Assembly: GCF_025273655.1 (NCBI RefSeq)
Contig: NZ_CP045921.1
Span: 90,001 to 122,000, forward strand
Reading direction: 5' to 3'
Origin: Candidatus Saccharimonadota bacterium
GTDB lineage: Bacteria > Patescibacteriota > Saccharimonadia > Saccharimonadales > Saccharimonadaceae
DNA length: 32,000 nucleotides
Position numbers and translations under genes: made by a program. Of the stretch, positions 23,195 through 30,860 are shown in pieces. The notes under the pieces were generated by a model. The model saw only the letters and a program-made list of their open reading frames with translations, had not been told where the DNA came from and did not search any database. Every line of letters begins with the position of its first letter. Position 1 is the first letter of the stretch.

Positions 23195-24478
23195 CTACAG
23201 TGCATCGTAGACATGAGTGAGCGTATTGCTGAGTTCACGGACGCCGCCACCTTTGCCGGAAGCTGGGCATGTGAGCCCGTAGCCTGTCGCGGCTGTATGG
23301 GTGTCTTCTGCGAGTAGGTCTTGCCAGTACTGAGTGTGCGCTTCGTGGAGCCACGCGGTGAACTCTGGTGAGAGGGTGAGTGCGCCATCTTTCGCCTGGA
23401 GGGGGTGCGGAAAATAGTTGCCGTTGAGTGTGAGGGGACCGACAAGACCAAGCGGTACTAGGCGTGTGACTTTTTCGATAAGGCCCTGGTCTACGATGTC
23501 ATGTAGCAGTTGCCCTGGATCGTCGTAGCCGGGCACTTTGTCTGCGGTCAGGAGTGCGGCTGTCTGCATGATAGAGAGGGCGCCTTCTTGCAGTGTCAGT
23601 ACCGTAGAGCGGTCATTTGCTCCGCCGTCTTGTTCGGCGCCGCGCGCAGTATGGGTTCCCAGAACGGCTCGGTGCTCGACTGTCGCGGCATGGAGCTCCT
23701 CGGGTGCGGCCGACTCCACAGACTCGATGATAAAAAGCGTCGCAAGTGATATGGTTTCTGCAAACTCTTTGCCGTATGCACCGACCGGCATGGCGATATT
23801 ATCAAACATAGAGTGCGTCTCTGTGTGTGCATGGGTAAGTATGAATTCATCGTATTTCGCTGGCGCTTTGTATTTATTGTGGCCGTTACGCCGCCGCGCG
23901 CTGTTGTGGTCCAGCAAGGCTGGTTCGTCGCCATTTTCGCGAGCGGCTGCGTAGGCTGCTTCGTAGCGCTTCCAGGTGGTTATGTCGAAATTATCGTAGA
24001 ATTCACGCGAATAGTGGAGCCAGTAAAAGTCCTCTGCCATATCTAGAAGTTGTTGTTTGCTGTTTTTTTCGTAGTCTGTGCCGGACTGCTCGATGTACTC
24101 GGCATATCGCTCGTTGAGTTCACGGAATGCTCGCTCAGTGGGGAACTCATCGTTATCATGTGGAGTCTCCTCTAGCCGGTCGAGTCGAGGATCGGGCAGT
24201 GTGGGTGTGGTAGGGTCGAGATAGCCAGGGGGAAGTTTGTGTACGGGTGCTGCGTAAGGAATCGTGTAGTGCGGAATGTCTCGCAGGGTTTCTCTGATCT
24301 CGTGAGAGCGAGTAGACAGGGCTGTATCGATGTGTGAGGCGACGCTATGTGCGAGTGGATCGAACACGCTTTTGAGTTCGGCACGTTGCCTAGAGCTCTC
24401 GCCGAACCGTCTGTGACCAGTTACATGGTCTGGGTTGTCGAACGAGTGTATGTGAGGATGTAATTCGGGCGATTTCAT
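23195..24478 (-). CDS. Hypothetical cytoplasmic protein (427 aa), no family recognised
   Basis: The ORF track extends to 24868, but that extension overlaps polA and its promoter. ATG 24478 ('MKSPELHPH...') follows a TGcTATAAT element. The protein is His/Glu-rich, with no TM segment or signal peptide. Confidence 0.6.
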   Translation of the reverse strand: MKSPELHPHIHSFDNPDHVTGHRRFGESSRQRAELKSVFDPLAHSVASHIDTALSTRSHEIRETLRDIPHYTIPYAAPVHKLPPGYLDPTTPTLPDPRLDRLEETPHDNDEFPTERAFRELNERYAEYIEQSGTDYEKNSKQQLLDMAEDFYWLHYSREFYDNFDITTWKRYEAAYAAARENGDEPALLDHNSARRRNGHNKYKAPAKYDEFILTHAHTETHSMFDNIAMPVGAYGKEFAETISLATLFIIESVESAAPEELHAATVEHRAVLGTHTARGAEQDGGANDRSTVLTLQEGALSIMQTAALLTADKVPGYDDPGQLLHDIVDQGLIEKVTRLVPLGLVGPLTLNGNYFPHPLQAKDGALTLSPEFTAWLHEAHTQYWQDLLAEDTHTAATGYGLTCPASGKGGGVRELSNTLTHVYDAL

Positions 24479-24506
24479 TTTGGTTTTTTGATTTGACGCT
24501 GTATAA

Positions 24507-24515
24507 ATTATAGCA
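24507..24515 (-). promoter_or_regulatory. Extended -10 element TGcTATAAT upstream of the 24478 gene
   Basis: The reverse complement of 24507-24515 reads TGCTATAAT. A 28-nt A-rich leader without an SD follows. Confidence 0.45.
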
Positions 24516-24574
24516 TAAAAATTAAAATAAATCAATGCCACCCCGAGGAGATTATGAGCGTGCGCTAGATAGCG

Positions 24575-24580
24575 TATACT
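24575..24580 (+). promoter_or_regulatory. -10 box TATACT, 6 nt upstream of the polA ATG (leaderless-type)
   Basis: The sequence reads agcgTATACTagtactATG. Confidence 0.4.
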
Positions 24581-24586
24581 AGTACT

Positions 24587-27121
24587 ATGACAAAACGGCT
24601 TGTGTTGATCGATGGAATGTCTGTGTTTTACCGAGGGTATTTTGCTATGCCGGGGCTGAGCTTGCCAGATGGCACGCCGACTGGTGGGGTATATGGGTTC
24701 GCAAGTATCGCGGTGGAGGTGATCAAGAAGCTGGAGCCTGACTATGTGGTGGTGGCGTGGGACAAAACCAAGACCGCCACGCGCAAGCGCAAGGAGATTT
24801 ACCCAGACTACAAAGCGGGTCGTACGCGTCCGCCAGAGGATTTCTTCGCACAGATTCCACTGCTGCATGAGCTACTCGCAAGCTTCGGCTGGCCGCTTAT
24901 CGAGATGGATGACTACGAGGCAGATGATATCATCGGCACGATTGCCGCCGCTGCTACGGCAGAAGATATCGAGACATGTGTGGTGAGCGGCGATTACGAC
25001 ATGATGCAGCTGCTCAACTCGCATACAAGTGTGTACATCAATAAAAAGGGTGCTGACATGCTGCGGTTCACCGAAGCGGAATTCGAAGAAAAGTATGGTG
25101 TCAAACTGGCGCAGTTCGTGGACTACAAAGCGTTGGTAGGTGATAGTAGTGACAATATCCCGGGAGCACGTGGAATTGGTCCGAAGGCTGCGGAGAAACT
25201 CCTAAGTGAATACGACACGATCGACGATATCTATGCGCATATCGACGAACTGAAAGGTGCACAAAAAGCCAAGCTCGAAGCGGCGCGCGATGAAGTGTAC
25301 ATGAGCCGTGAGCTCGCGAAGATTTGGTGTGATGCACCCGTGTATGTGGATTGGGACGAAGCGGATGTGCACAATACGGATTTGCCAGCAGTAGCTACGA
25401 AGCTACGAGAGCTAAATTTCCAATCACTCATCAAGCGGCTACCCGCACATATGCAGGATGTTGTTCCGCAGGGTGGTCTGTATATCGAACACAAAATTGA
25501 CTCACTGTCTGTAGAGGAATGGACAGATGATATCGAGATAGACGAGAAGGTAGTGCTGCATGTCTCTGAGGGCGAAGTATGGCTGTCGCTCAATCGCTCG
25601 AGTGTGATGCGCGCGCCAATGGCGCAAGTGGCTGCGCAGACGTGGCAGCTACTCGGTATGGCGCGGGTGATTGGCTACGATATTAAGGCGGCGCTACACG
25701 GGCTCGACGCGGCGGGAATTATGACGGCGATTGACACGGTGCACGATGTGCGTCAGGCTGCGTTCCTGATTGATCCATTGCAGCGTGATCGTAGTTTGCC
25801 AGCATTGCTGGGCAGCGAAGTGGACATGAGCGATGCAGGCGACGCGGCAGCGGCATTGTGGAGCGTGTATGACTCGCAGGTTGACGCGTTTACACACAAG
25901 CCAAAGGTAGCTGATATTGCCGAGCGATTTGACTTTCCGCTGGTGCGACTACTCTTTGATATAGAACGACGCGGCGTCAAGATCGACACAGCGAGACTAC
26001 ACGAGATGAGCAAAGAGCTTGGCGATGAGTATCAAAAACTGCAACAGCAAATGTACGATATGGTTGGGTATGATTTTAACATCGGTTCTCCTGCGCAGCT
26101 TGGCGAAGTGTTGTTCACTAAGCTTCAGTTGCCAACGGTGGGCGTGAAACGTGGTAAGACAGGCTACAGTACCGATCAGAAGACGCTAGACAAATTAAAA
26201 GGACAACACCCAGTCATTGACCTGATCGAGCGTACGCGCGAGCTCGCCAAATTGAAGAATACATATGTCGATGCGCTTCCTGAACTTGCCGACGAACACG
26301 GTCGGTTGCATACAACTTTTAATCAAGACGTGGCAGCGACAGGTCGCCTGAGCAGCACGGCACCAAACTTGCAAAATATTCCGATTCGCTCGGAACTTGG
26401 GCGTACAATCCGTACTGCATTTGTGGCGGAACCGGGCAATGTGCTCGTAAGCGCGGACTACAGCCAGTTCGAACTGCGACTCGCGGCAGTGCTGGCGAAT
26501 GATAAAGAGCTTATCGAAGATTTCAACAACGATGTAGATATTCACACTAAGACGGCGGCTGAAGTTTATGGCATCCCGATGGGCGAGGTAACGAAAAATC
26601 AACGCCGCGATGCCAAGGTGATTAACTTTGGTGTGCTCTACGGCATGAGTCCGCATGGACTTGCTGCTGCGACCGGTATGAGCTTCGGCGAGGCGAAGAC
26701 ATTTATTGATCAGTACTTTGCGCTTCGTGCGCCAATCCGGAAGTTTATCGACGACACACTCGCCAAAGCGGAGAGTGAAGGCTATGCAGAAACCTACTTC
26801 GGCCGGCGACGTCCTACTCCAGATGTGAAGAGTAGTAACTTTATGGTTCGCGAAAGTGCCAAACGTGCTGCTGCCAACATGCCGATCCAGGGTACCGAAG
26901 CCGACCTGATGAAACTTGCCATGCTTAAAGTGGAGCAAGAGCTAGGCGATAGTGGCATGCAAATCCTGCAGATCCATGACAGTATTCTTGTCGAAACGCC
27001 GAAAGCCAACGCCGAAAAAGTCGGTGAAATATTGAAGACAAACATGGAATCTATCGCGCCGGAATTGCCCGTGAAACTGAAGGTTGATGTGAGTGTGGGC
27101 GAGAATTGGGGTTTGCTGTAG
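24587..27121 (+). CDS. polA: DNA polymerase I (5' nuclease, degenerate 3'-5' exo-like domain, family A polymerase)
   Basis: 5' nuclease: 'GGVYGF', 'EADDIIGT', 'SGDYDMMQL', 'VGDSSDNIPGARGIGPKAA'. Polymerase motif A 'DYSQFELRLAAVLA', motif B 'RRDAKVINFGVLYGMS', motif C 'QIHDSILVE'. Confidence 0.95.
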   Translation: MTKRLVLIDGMSVFYRGYFAMPGLSLPDGTPTGGVYGFASIAVEVIKKLEPDYVVVAWDKTKTATRKRKEIYPDYKAGRTRPPEDFFAQIPLLHELLASFGWPLIEMDDYEADDIIGTIAAAATAEDIETCVVSGDYDMMQLLNSHTSVYINKKGADMLRFTEAEFEEKYGVKLAQFVDYKALVGDSSDNIPGARGIGPKAAEKLLSEYDTIDDIYAHIDELKGAQKAKLEAARDEVYMSRELAKIWCDAPVYVDWDEADVHNTDLPAVATKLRELNFQSLIKRLPAHMQDVVPQGGLYIEHKIDSLSVEEWTDDIEIDEKVVLHVSEGEVWLSLNRSSVMRAPMAQVAAQTWQLLGMARVIGYDIKAALHGLDAAGIMTAIDTVHDVRQAAFLIDPLQRDRSLPALLGSEVDMSDAGDAAAALWSVYDSQVDAFTHKPKVADIAERFDFPLVRLLFDIERRGVKIDTARLHEMSKELGDEYQKLQQQMYDMVGYDFNIGSPAQLGEVLFTKLQLPTVGVKRGKTGYSTDQKTLDKLKGQHPVIDLIERTRELAKLKNTYVDALPELADEHGRLHTTFNQDVAATGRLSSTAPNLQNIPIRSELGRTIRTAFVAEPGNVLVSADYSQFELRLAAVLANDKELIEDFNNDVDIHTKTAAEVYGIPMGEVTKNQRRDAKVINFGVLYGMSPHGLAAATGMSFGEAKTFIDQYFALRAPIRKFIDDTLAKAESEGYAETYFGRRRPTPDVKSSNFMVRESAKRAAANMPIQGTEADLMKLAMLKVEQELGDSGMQILQIHDSILVETPKANAEKVGEILKTNMESIAPELPVKLKVDVSVGENWGLL

Positions 27122-27708
27122 TGGAAGAAGATACGATTACAACATATGAGCAGATTGCGGAATGGTGGAATAAAAAGTATAGCCAGCCAAACTATTGGGG
27201 TAAAAGCTTCGATGAGTTTCAGGAACTACTGCCGAGCGGCACTATACTCGAAATTGGTGCGGGCGCGGGGCGCGATGCCAAAGATTTGATAGCTCGTGGG
27301 TATGGGTATTATGGTACGGAGCCAGCTGCCAAGTTTGTCGAAATCGCCCGTGCAAAAAACCCCGGAGCTAGGTTTGAACAGCTGTCGGTGTATGAGCTTG
27401 AACCTGCTGAGTATGATGGTTTTTGGGCGGCGGCCGTGTTGCTGCACATACCACGTCCGCGCATACAGGAGGCACTGAGCACGTTGCGCGCTGCAGTACG
27501 CGGTGGTGCAATCGGATTTATCGTCATAAAAGAGGGCGACGGTGAAGTCGTAGAAGTGCAGGGCGACTATCCAAGATTATTTACACTATGGCTCGATGCT
27601 GATTTTCGCGTAGAGCTGTCTCAGGCCGGGTTTGAAGTTATCAAATATCATCGTGAAGTTAAAAGTGAACGCACGATATGGCTGCGATATATTGTGAAGG
27701 CGATATGA
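27106..27708 (+). CDS. Class I SAM-dependent methyltransferase
   Basis: Motif I reads 'ILEIGAGAGRDAKDL'. The start is uncertain: TTG 27106 or in-frame GTG 27121, which overlaps the polA stop. The substrate is unknown. Confidence 0.7.
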   Translation: MGFAVVEEDTITTYEQIAEWWNKKYSQPNYWGKSFDEFQELLPSGTILEIGAGAGRDAKDLIARGYGYYGTEPAAKFVEIARAKNPGARFEQLSVYELEPAEYDGFWAAAVLLHIPRPRIQEALSTLRAAVRGGAIGFIVIKEGDGEVVEVQGDYPRLFTLWLDADFRVELSQAGFEVIKYHREVKSERTIWLRYIVKAI

Positions 27709-28115
27709 AAATACTCTTTGTCTGCGAAGGCAACATGACGCGTAGCCAGATGGCTGAAGCGTTTTACAATCAGCTCACAGAAACAAACGATGCGATGAGT
27801 GCCGGTACACTAGCGACGCTCAAGCCACAGGCTGGCGAACGTGCCCAGCAGGTGATGCACGAGATTGGAATATCGATGGAGGGGCAGTATAGCAAGCAGC
27901 TTACTCCCGATATGATCGATACTGCTGATGTGGTTATACTGTTTCCAACGGTTGCTACGCCGAAGTATGCAACCGACAGTCAGAAGACTCAAGTATGGGA
28001 TGTGGCGGATCCGCATTATCATCACGATGAGGGGATGGATTTTGTGCGACAAGTGCGTGATGATATTCGCGGCCGAGTCAAAAAATTAGCCGAGGAATTA
28101 TACGATGAAAATTAA
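27705..28115 (+). CDS. Low-molecular-weight protein-tyrosine phosphatase / ArsC-fold phosphatase
   Basis: The 'ILFVCEGNMTRSQMAEAF' segment carries the CX5R(S/T) P-loop, and 'VADPHY' supplies the DP general acid. There is only one Cys, so a thioredoxin-coupled arsenate reductase mechanism is unlikely. The ATG overlaps the upstream stop (ATGA). Confidence 0.8.
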   Translation: MKILFVCEGNMTRSQMAEAFYNQLTETNDAMSAGTLATLKPQAGERAQQVMHEIGISMEGQYSKQLTPDMIDTADVVILFPTVATPKYATDSQKTQVWDVADPHYHHDEGMDFVRQVRDDIRGRVKKLAEELYDEN

Positions 28116-28548
28116 TGTTACTAAACTGAACAAAAATGCGATACTGCCTGAATACCAAACACCTGGTGCGGCAGCAGCTGATATCCATGCCTGCCTCGAC
28201 GGGCCAGTAACGCTACAGCCTATGGAACGACGTATTATCCCGACTGGGCTTGCGATAGCGATACCTGAGGGTTACGAAGTGCAAATCCGTGCGCGTAGCG
28301 GACTCAGTATCAAGCATGGTATCGCAATGGTGAACGGAGTTGGAACGATCGACAGCGATTATCGTGGTGAGGTGGGAGTGCTCGTCATTAATCTCGGACA
28401 AGAGCCTTTCGTCATCGAACCCGGCATGCGCATCGCGCAAATGGTGCTTAGCAAATACGAGCAGATCAGCTGGCAGCAAGTTGACACGCTCAACGAGACG
28501 GCGCGCGGAGTCGGAGGTTTCGGTAGTACTGGTATCCGCGAAGCATGA
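28105..28548 (+). CDS. dut: dUTP diphosphatase
   Basis: 'AAAADIHA', 'RSGLSIKHGI', 'GTIDSDYRGEV', 'RIAQMVL' and 'RGVGGFGSTG' are the five dUTPase motifs. It overlaps the upstream gene by 11 nt. Confidence 0.95.
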   Translation: MKINVTKLNKNAILPEYQTPGAAAADIHACLDGPVTLQPMERRIIPTGLAIAIPEGYEVQIRARSGLSIKHGIAMVNGVGTIDSDYRGEVGVLVINLGQEPFVIEPGMRIAQMVLSKYEQISWQQVDTLNETARGVGGFGSTGIREA

Positions 28549-28554
28549 TACAGT
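28546..28554 (+). promoter_or_regulatory. Extended -10 element TGaTACAGT, 6 nt upstream of ATG 28561 (leaderless-type); its TGA is the dut stop codon
   Basis: The sequence reads caTGaTACAGTaagcatATG. Confidence 0.4.
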
Positions 28555-28560
28555 AAGCAT

Positions 28561-29460
28561 ATGCATTCTCGTACACATCATCGTCTCCATCGTCCGCCCT
28601 GGCATGCGACGTCGCTCTACGCGAGAGCTTGGCGTGAGTTCGATGAAGCACTGTATGAAACACATGGCCGCGGCTGGGAACTTGTACGGGTAGAATGGCT
28701 CTCGCGGGCGATTGACGATATGAAGCAGCGAGTCGAGCGTAGCAGCGAGGCCGAGCGCGTTCCGCGACTCATCGCATTACTCCTGCTGCAGGCACCTCGT
28801 GCCGCTCGTGCTCAACATATCATGGATAGTCGCCACGGCCACGGATATCATAATCGCAGCAAACGGCTCTATGAACTCATCGATTTCAACGACACGCTTG
28901 TGGATATTGTACTGGCGCTCTCGCATGAGCAGCGGCAAGTGTTTGCACAGGAAATTTATACACACATGAGCACAGTATGTCGCCGCTCCCGCACGCATAT
29001 GTTTACGCGCGAGCAGTTCGACGCGATCACGCATGGTCTCTCTCGCGAGACGGCGGTGTACCTGGCGGCGCGCGAGACCGGGCTCGATGTGCACATGACG
29101 AGCCGTGTGGCAGATGGGCTAGGTGTCGACATGCAGGTGCGCGACGGAGCGAGCGATCGGTATATCAACATCGACTGCAAGACAACCGGTGCGTACCTGC
29201 GCCGGGTAGAAGAGCTGCGCAGAGAGGGGCGGCTGCGCGAAGACGAAGTTGCCCAGGCACTGACAAGGGGCTATATAGAAGTACTCAACGGACACAGAAA
29301 AGACCAGGTGCGAGTGGTGCTTTTTGCGGTTGTCACCGAGGCAATGGGGGAGATTCGAGGTTTTGAATTTACGCGAACCGACCTCGTAGCTGGCAAGCTA
29401 CACGAAGCAATTCGCGCCTATGGTCGTCATGACGGACAGTTTTATCGCTACGAAGCCTAA
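28561..29460 (+). CDS. Hypothetical Arg/His-rich protein (299 aa) with a PD-(D/E)xK nuclease-like motif arrangement
   Basis: E163 ('SRETAVY'), D190 ('GLGVDMQV') and D205-x-K207 ('INIDCKT') occur in the order and spacing of restriction-endonuclease-fold proteins. The gene is visibly GC-richer (about 60% by eye) than its neighbours. Confidence 0.5.
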   Translation: MHSRTHHRLHRPPWHATSLYARAWREFDEALYETHGRGWELVRVEWLSRAIDDMKQRVERSSEAERVPRLIALLLLQAPRAARAQHIMDSRHGHGYHNRSKRLYELIDFNDTLVDIVLALSHEQRQVFAQEIYTHMSTVCRRSRTHMFTREQFDAITHGLSRETAVYLAARETGLDVHMTSRVADGLGVDMQVRDGASDRYINIDCKTTGAYLRRVEELRREGRLREDEVAQALTRGYIEVLNGHRKDQVRVVLFAVVTEAMGEIRGFEFTRTDLVAGKLHEAIRAYGRHDGQFYRYEA

Positions 29461-29467
29461 TTCTACC

Positions 29468-29496
29468 TTGACTTTTTACAGGGGTCATGACACAAT
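29468..29496 (+). promoter_or_regulatory. Promoter TTGACT-17 nt-TGaCACAAT, 6 nt upstream of ATG 29503 (leaderless-type)
   Basis: TTGACT is at 29468-29473 and CACAAT at 29491-29496, with TG at 29488-29489. Confidence 0.5.
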
Positions 29497-29502
29497 ACGC
29501 AC

Positions 29503-30102
29503 ATGAATCCGCGCAACAATCAGCTTCTTCCTGTTATCATCATCGTGATCATCGTGGTCGTGAGTGTGGCCGCTATCGTGGCACTTGCTCGTACACTGCT
29601 GTTTGGCGGGGGCTCGTCTGACGAAAAGGCAGAGGATCCACAGGCAAACGCATTGGTACAAACGACATCTGATCGTGCAGTGCGCATGACAATTCGCGGA
29701 CCAATCACAGCCGACGAGAAGTTTCGCTCGTATCAGATTACTGTCTCGCCTTCGAGCCGTGTCATGACAACCTATGCGGGCTACCTCGACCAACAGATCG
29801 ATACTGCGCAGCTCGAAAACAATACACGTGCATACGAAGAATTTGTCTATGCACTCGACAGGGCGGGTATGATGGCTGGAACTCCACTTGAAGGCGACAA
29901 AAACGACACACGTGGCCTTTGCCCTGGCGGTAAAATCCTTGAGTTTGAGACGCTTCAGAATAGCCAAACCGTAGAGAAGCTTTGGACAGCAACATGTGGG
30001 GGAAGCGGCGGCTCATTCAAAGGCAATGCCTCGCAGATTAGCAACATGTTCTTAGCCCAAGTACCACAAGGCCAAGATTTATTGAAGAAGATCAACGAAT
30101 AG
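29503..30102 (+). CDS. Hypothetical membrane-anchored / secreted protein (N-terminal TM helix)
   Basis: 'LLPVIIIVIIVVVSVAAIVALA' is a TM or signal-anchor segment. A roughly 160-aa extracytoplasmic domain with two Cys follows. Confidence 0.6.
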   Translation: MNPRNNQLLPVIIIVIIVVVSVAAIVALARTLLFGGGSSDEKAEDPQANALVQTTSDRAVRMTIRGPITADEKFRSYQITVSPSSRVMTTYAGYLDQQIDTAQLENNTRAYEEFVYALDRAGMMAGTPLEGDKNDTRGLCPGGKILEFETLQNSQTVEKLWTATCGGSGGSFKGNASQISNMFLAQVPQGQDLLKKINE

Positions 30103-30114
30103 AAGGAGATCGGG

Positions 30115-30708
30115 GTGGAACAGCCGTCCATAAAAGCCATTGTATTCGACTGTTTTGGTGTGCTCTATACCGGGAGTCTGACCGAGCTTGCGAGTCATTG
30201 TGAAAGTGAGCAAGATACCAAGGACTTATATGATATTACACGGGCTGCCGATCATGGATTTGTGTCGCGTGACGATTACATCGCGAAACTTATGGAGTTG
30301 ACGCGGTTGACTCGTCAGGAGATTCGTGAGCTACTCGTAGGAGCGCAAGTGAGAAGCCGAGGGGTTTTCGCCTATGCGGCAGAACTCAAGACGCGTGGTT
30401 ACAAAGTTGCTGTACTGAGCAATATCGGTCGCGACACAATCCATCGCCTCTTCAACGAGGCAGATTACGAGCTTTTCAACGCTATCATCGCTTCGGGTGA
30501 TATTGGGGTTACGAAGCCACACATCACCGCATACGACCGTGCGCTTGAGCGATTGCGTGTACAGCCGGGCGAGGCAATCATGATCGACGATGCGTATTCT
30601 AATGTTGCAGGTGCTATAGAGGCGGGTATGTATGGTATCGTGTTTACTTCTCTTGTAGATCTTAAAGCTCGGGTCGAAGAAATACTGCATCCTTCAGTTG
30701 CAGAGTAG
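30115..30708 (+). CDS. HAD-superfamily hydrolase (subfamily IA-like)
   Basis: Motif I 'AIVFDCFGVLY', motif II 'VLSNIG', motif III Lys 'TKPHITAY', motif IV 'MIDDAYSNV'. GAAGGAG SD lies 6 nt upstream of GTG 30115. Confidence 0.8.
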   Translation: MEQPSIKAIVFDCFGVLYTGSLTELASHCESEQDTKDLYDITRAADHGFVSRDDYIAKLMELTRLTRQEIRELLVGAQVRSRGVFAYAAELKTRGYKVAVLSNIGRDTIHRLFNEADYELFNAIIASGDIGVTKPHITAYDRALERLRVQPGEAIMIDDAYSNVAGAIEAGMYGIVFTSLVDLKARVEEILHPSVAE

Positions 30709-30791
30709 ATACTACAACGAATATCCACAGTACACGTAACGCGGTAACTGACACAACGTAGTAAAAACTACTTCAATATACATCACGACAC

Positions 30792-30820
30792 TTGACAACA
30801 GGCCTACGACAGGCGATAAT
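30792..30820 (+). promoter_or_regulatory. Sigma70-type promoter TTGACA-17 nt-GATAAT
   Basis: TTGACA is at 30792-30797 and GATAAT at 30815-30820. A roughly 34-nt C/A-rich leader follows (acaaaccaccacaaacacaaacaaggcaccacat). Confidence 0.5.
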
Positions 30821-30860
30821 CGGGCTACAAACCACCACAAACACAAACAAGGCACCACAT

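Noticed and set aside
24479-24868. N-terminal 130-aa extension of the 23195-24868 (-) ORF
   Set aside because: It overlaps the polA coding start and promoter on the other strand and has no start context. A TGcTATAAT element sits just upstream of the internal ATG at 24478, so I trimmed the CDS to 24478.
26195-26938. Long antisense ORFs inside well-supported genes. Examples: 26195-26938 (-) in polA, 19906-20415 (-) and 19170-19595 (-) in dnaG, 12310-12762 (-) in argS, 9138-9587 and 9684-10130 (-) in pyrG, 20915-21367 (-) in rpoD, and 3399-3887 (-) opposite the small membrane genes.
   Set aside because: Each lies entirely opposite a gene with strong family motifs. Their translations are low-complexity or Cys/Arg/Ser-rich mirror images, and no RBS or promoter context is visible. 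For example, the Ser-run ORF opposite the acidic rpoD N-terminus is just the complement of GAx codons.
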